NCBI GenBank assembly: GCA_028534125.1
Contig: CM052816.1
Span: forward strand, 27,220,001 to 27,284,000
Length of the DNA stretch: 64,000 bases
Direction: 5' to 3'
DNA from: Lama glama
Taxonomy: Eukaryota
Below the pieces are notes generated by a model. It searched no databases and was not told where the DNA came from. It was given only the letters and a program-made list of their open reading frames with translations. This document shows positions 62,373 to 64,000 of the stretch, piece after piece. The position numbers and the translations under genes were made by a program. The first letter of the stretch is position 1. The number at the start of each line of letters is the position of its first letter.

Positions 62373-64000
62373 GGCCTGAGCAACCCACTGCCATAGAAGG
62401 GTCTGGACTTCTGCAAATGACTCCTTCTCTCTCTGAGAGTCCTTCAACTACAAGATTCTAGGATTCTGTTTCATTACTTGAGTTTTTAATGCCTTTTTTA
62501 AGAGTCAGGGCAAAGGAAATCCGTAGACAAAGAGCGCTTATTTTAAATGCGAAGAGCCCCTTGAGAGACAAAATGAAAAGGAAGTGCTTTCAGCAATAAG
62601 TGGGGTGTTCTCAGAGATGTTATGAAGCTCCAAAACTAAAACAGCCCTCCACCTCCCCAACACACGCTCTTTCTGTTGCCCTGGATGGGGAAGATGCAAC
62701 AGGGAAAACCACTTCTCCCTCAGGAAGGGACTGAAGGACATCACTGCGAAGCCGCACAAGGTGAAAGGCACTTGGCTTCTGCATCAGTTTTGCCTTGTTC
62801 CCTTCTTGCCTCAGTGACGCTCTAGATTAGGTGATAGATGCTCTAGAGAGATATCTCTACTTCTGATTTCTCATCCATCCTTACCGCAGGTTCCCTTGAA
62901 CCCATTTCTACAAGACGAGCTTTCAACACCAGTTTTGAGGGTGGGAGATATGTTCCTTAGAGTCCCAAAACACCGAAACATGGGAGAGGAGACTGTCTTT
63001 GCCCTGAAGTTTTTTCTCCCTCGAATACTGCCTGATTCCTGACTTTCTTAATTCCACAACCTTCTAGAAAATCGGGGAGCTGTGATGCCTATATCTATGG
63101 ACTAAGCAAAGGGAAAAAATGTTCAAGTTCAAGAAGACAGGGCAAAGATGCTATGTGTCTAAGCCCTGCCACTTCCCACTCTTTTCATTATTTTTGACAC
63201 TGCTAGGGCTTTACTTTTAACTTTTCCATCACCCCCTGCTCCTCTCTTTCCCCTCACTCTTTCTCCCAGAAACATAAGCAAAGTGTTAAGAGATGAAAGG
63301 CAGACAGAGCAGGCCGCTCTGCTTTCCTGAGTAAGTCCTGAGGTTCATTCAAAATAATGGCCATGCACATTCTGTAATGGCAGAAAAAAGCAGCAGATAA
63401 AACTGCCCTTACAATATGATTCCAACCGTACAAAAAATATGCCTCCTGAAAAAAATACTAGAAAGAAAAACAGCTATGTTGTATTGGTGGCATAGTTAAT
63501 TGTAGTTTTTATCTTCCACTTTAATAATTAGGTTACCTTTACAATTTTGTTAAAGAAAAATAAAAAAATAATTGTTTTATTTGACTAACATTCTCATCCA
63601 GATGTTTCACTGTATGTAAATTTTTATTGGAGTTACATAACAAAATCTTTGTCATAAACAGTTGATTCTTTGCTGCATCAGGCTGAAGTGTGCATTTTCT
63701 TGATGGAGATCTTAGCAAATGCATTTCCCTATTCTTTGAGTTGATTTTACATTAAATCATGTGAAATGGATTAATCAGTGGGCTTTTTGATTTAAACTGC
63801 TGTATCAACCTTCACTTTCACGTTCTTAGCATGAAACCTTAATAAAATTGAAAACAGGAGGTTTATATATTTAGTATCATCAGCTATGTCACAGCAGTGT
63901 CAAGAGGACAAATTTCATATCAATGTATTACTCTTGGTGCTGGTTTGAAAATCTTAGAAAACCATATATTTTCAAAGGTTCAGGGTTTGTCACAAAATGT

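Noticed and set aside
51040..64000. Upstream SNCAIP coding exons (MEAPEYLD..., SVTSLKTIPELC...)
   Set aside because: Not found by eye; presumed to lie beyond the window.
1..64000. CRISPR arrays, operons, rRNA or other prokaryote-type systems
   Set aside because: No regularly spaced repeat-spacer arrays or dense ORFs; the sequence is mammalian intronic and intergenic DNA.

Overview
Mammalian genomic DNA, most likely camelid, since it carries four short tRNA-derived Vic-1-type SINEs and cetartiodactyl-type L1 3' ends. The main gene is the 3' part of SNCAIP (synphilin-1) on the minus strand. Eight coding exons with GT-AG boundaries splice in frame: 51039-50171, 48467-48288, 42613-42500, 34982-34857, 30687-30518, 25303-25211, 24653-23582 and 13346-13341. 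Together they give 2630 coding nt, followed by a 3' UTR with AATAAA at 12785-12790. The N-terminal exons lie beyond the window end. An intact 71-nt cassette exon (22343-22273) matches synphilin-1A exon 9A and shifts the last exon into a second open frame. About 7 kb downstream of the gene is an internally deleted HERV-H/F-like provirus (about 2849-5510, minus). It has a tRNA-Phe PBS, a decayed gag, and a 5' LTR carrying octamer, Sox-Oct, CCAAT and GC-box motifs. The rest is intronic or intergenic DNA rich in repeats, including an L1 with an apparent 3' transduction and a 1.2-kb element bounded by TGTAACAG...CTGTTACA. I found no convincing wholly new biological system. Repeat family names and human comparisons come from memory, not from database searches. 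Almost all short ORFs in the track are spurious.
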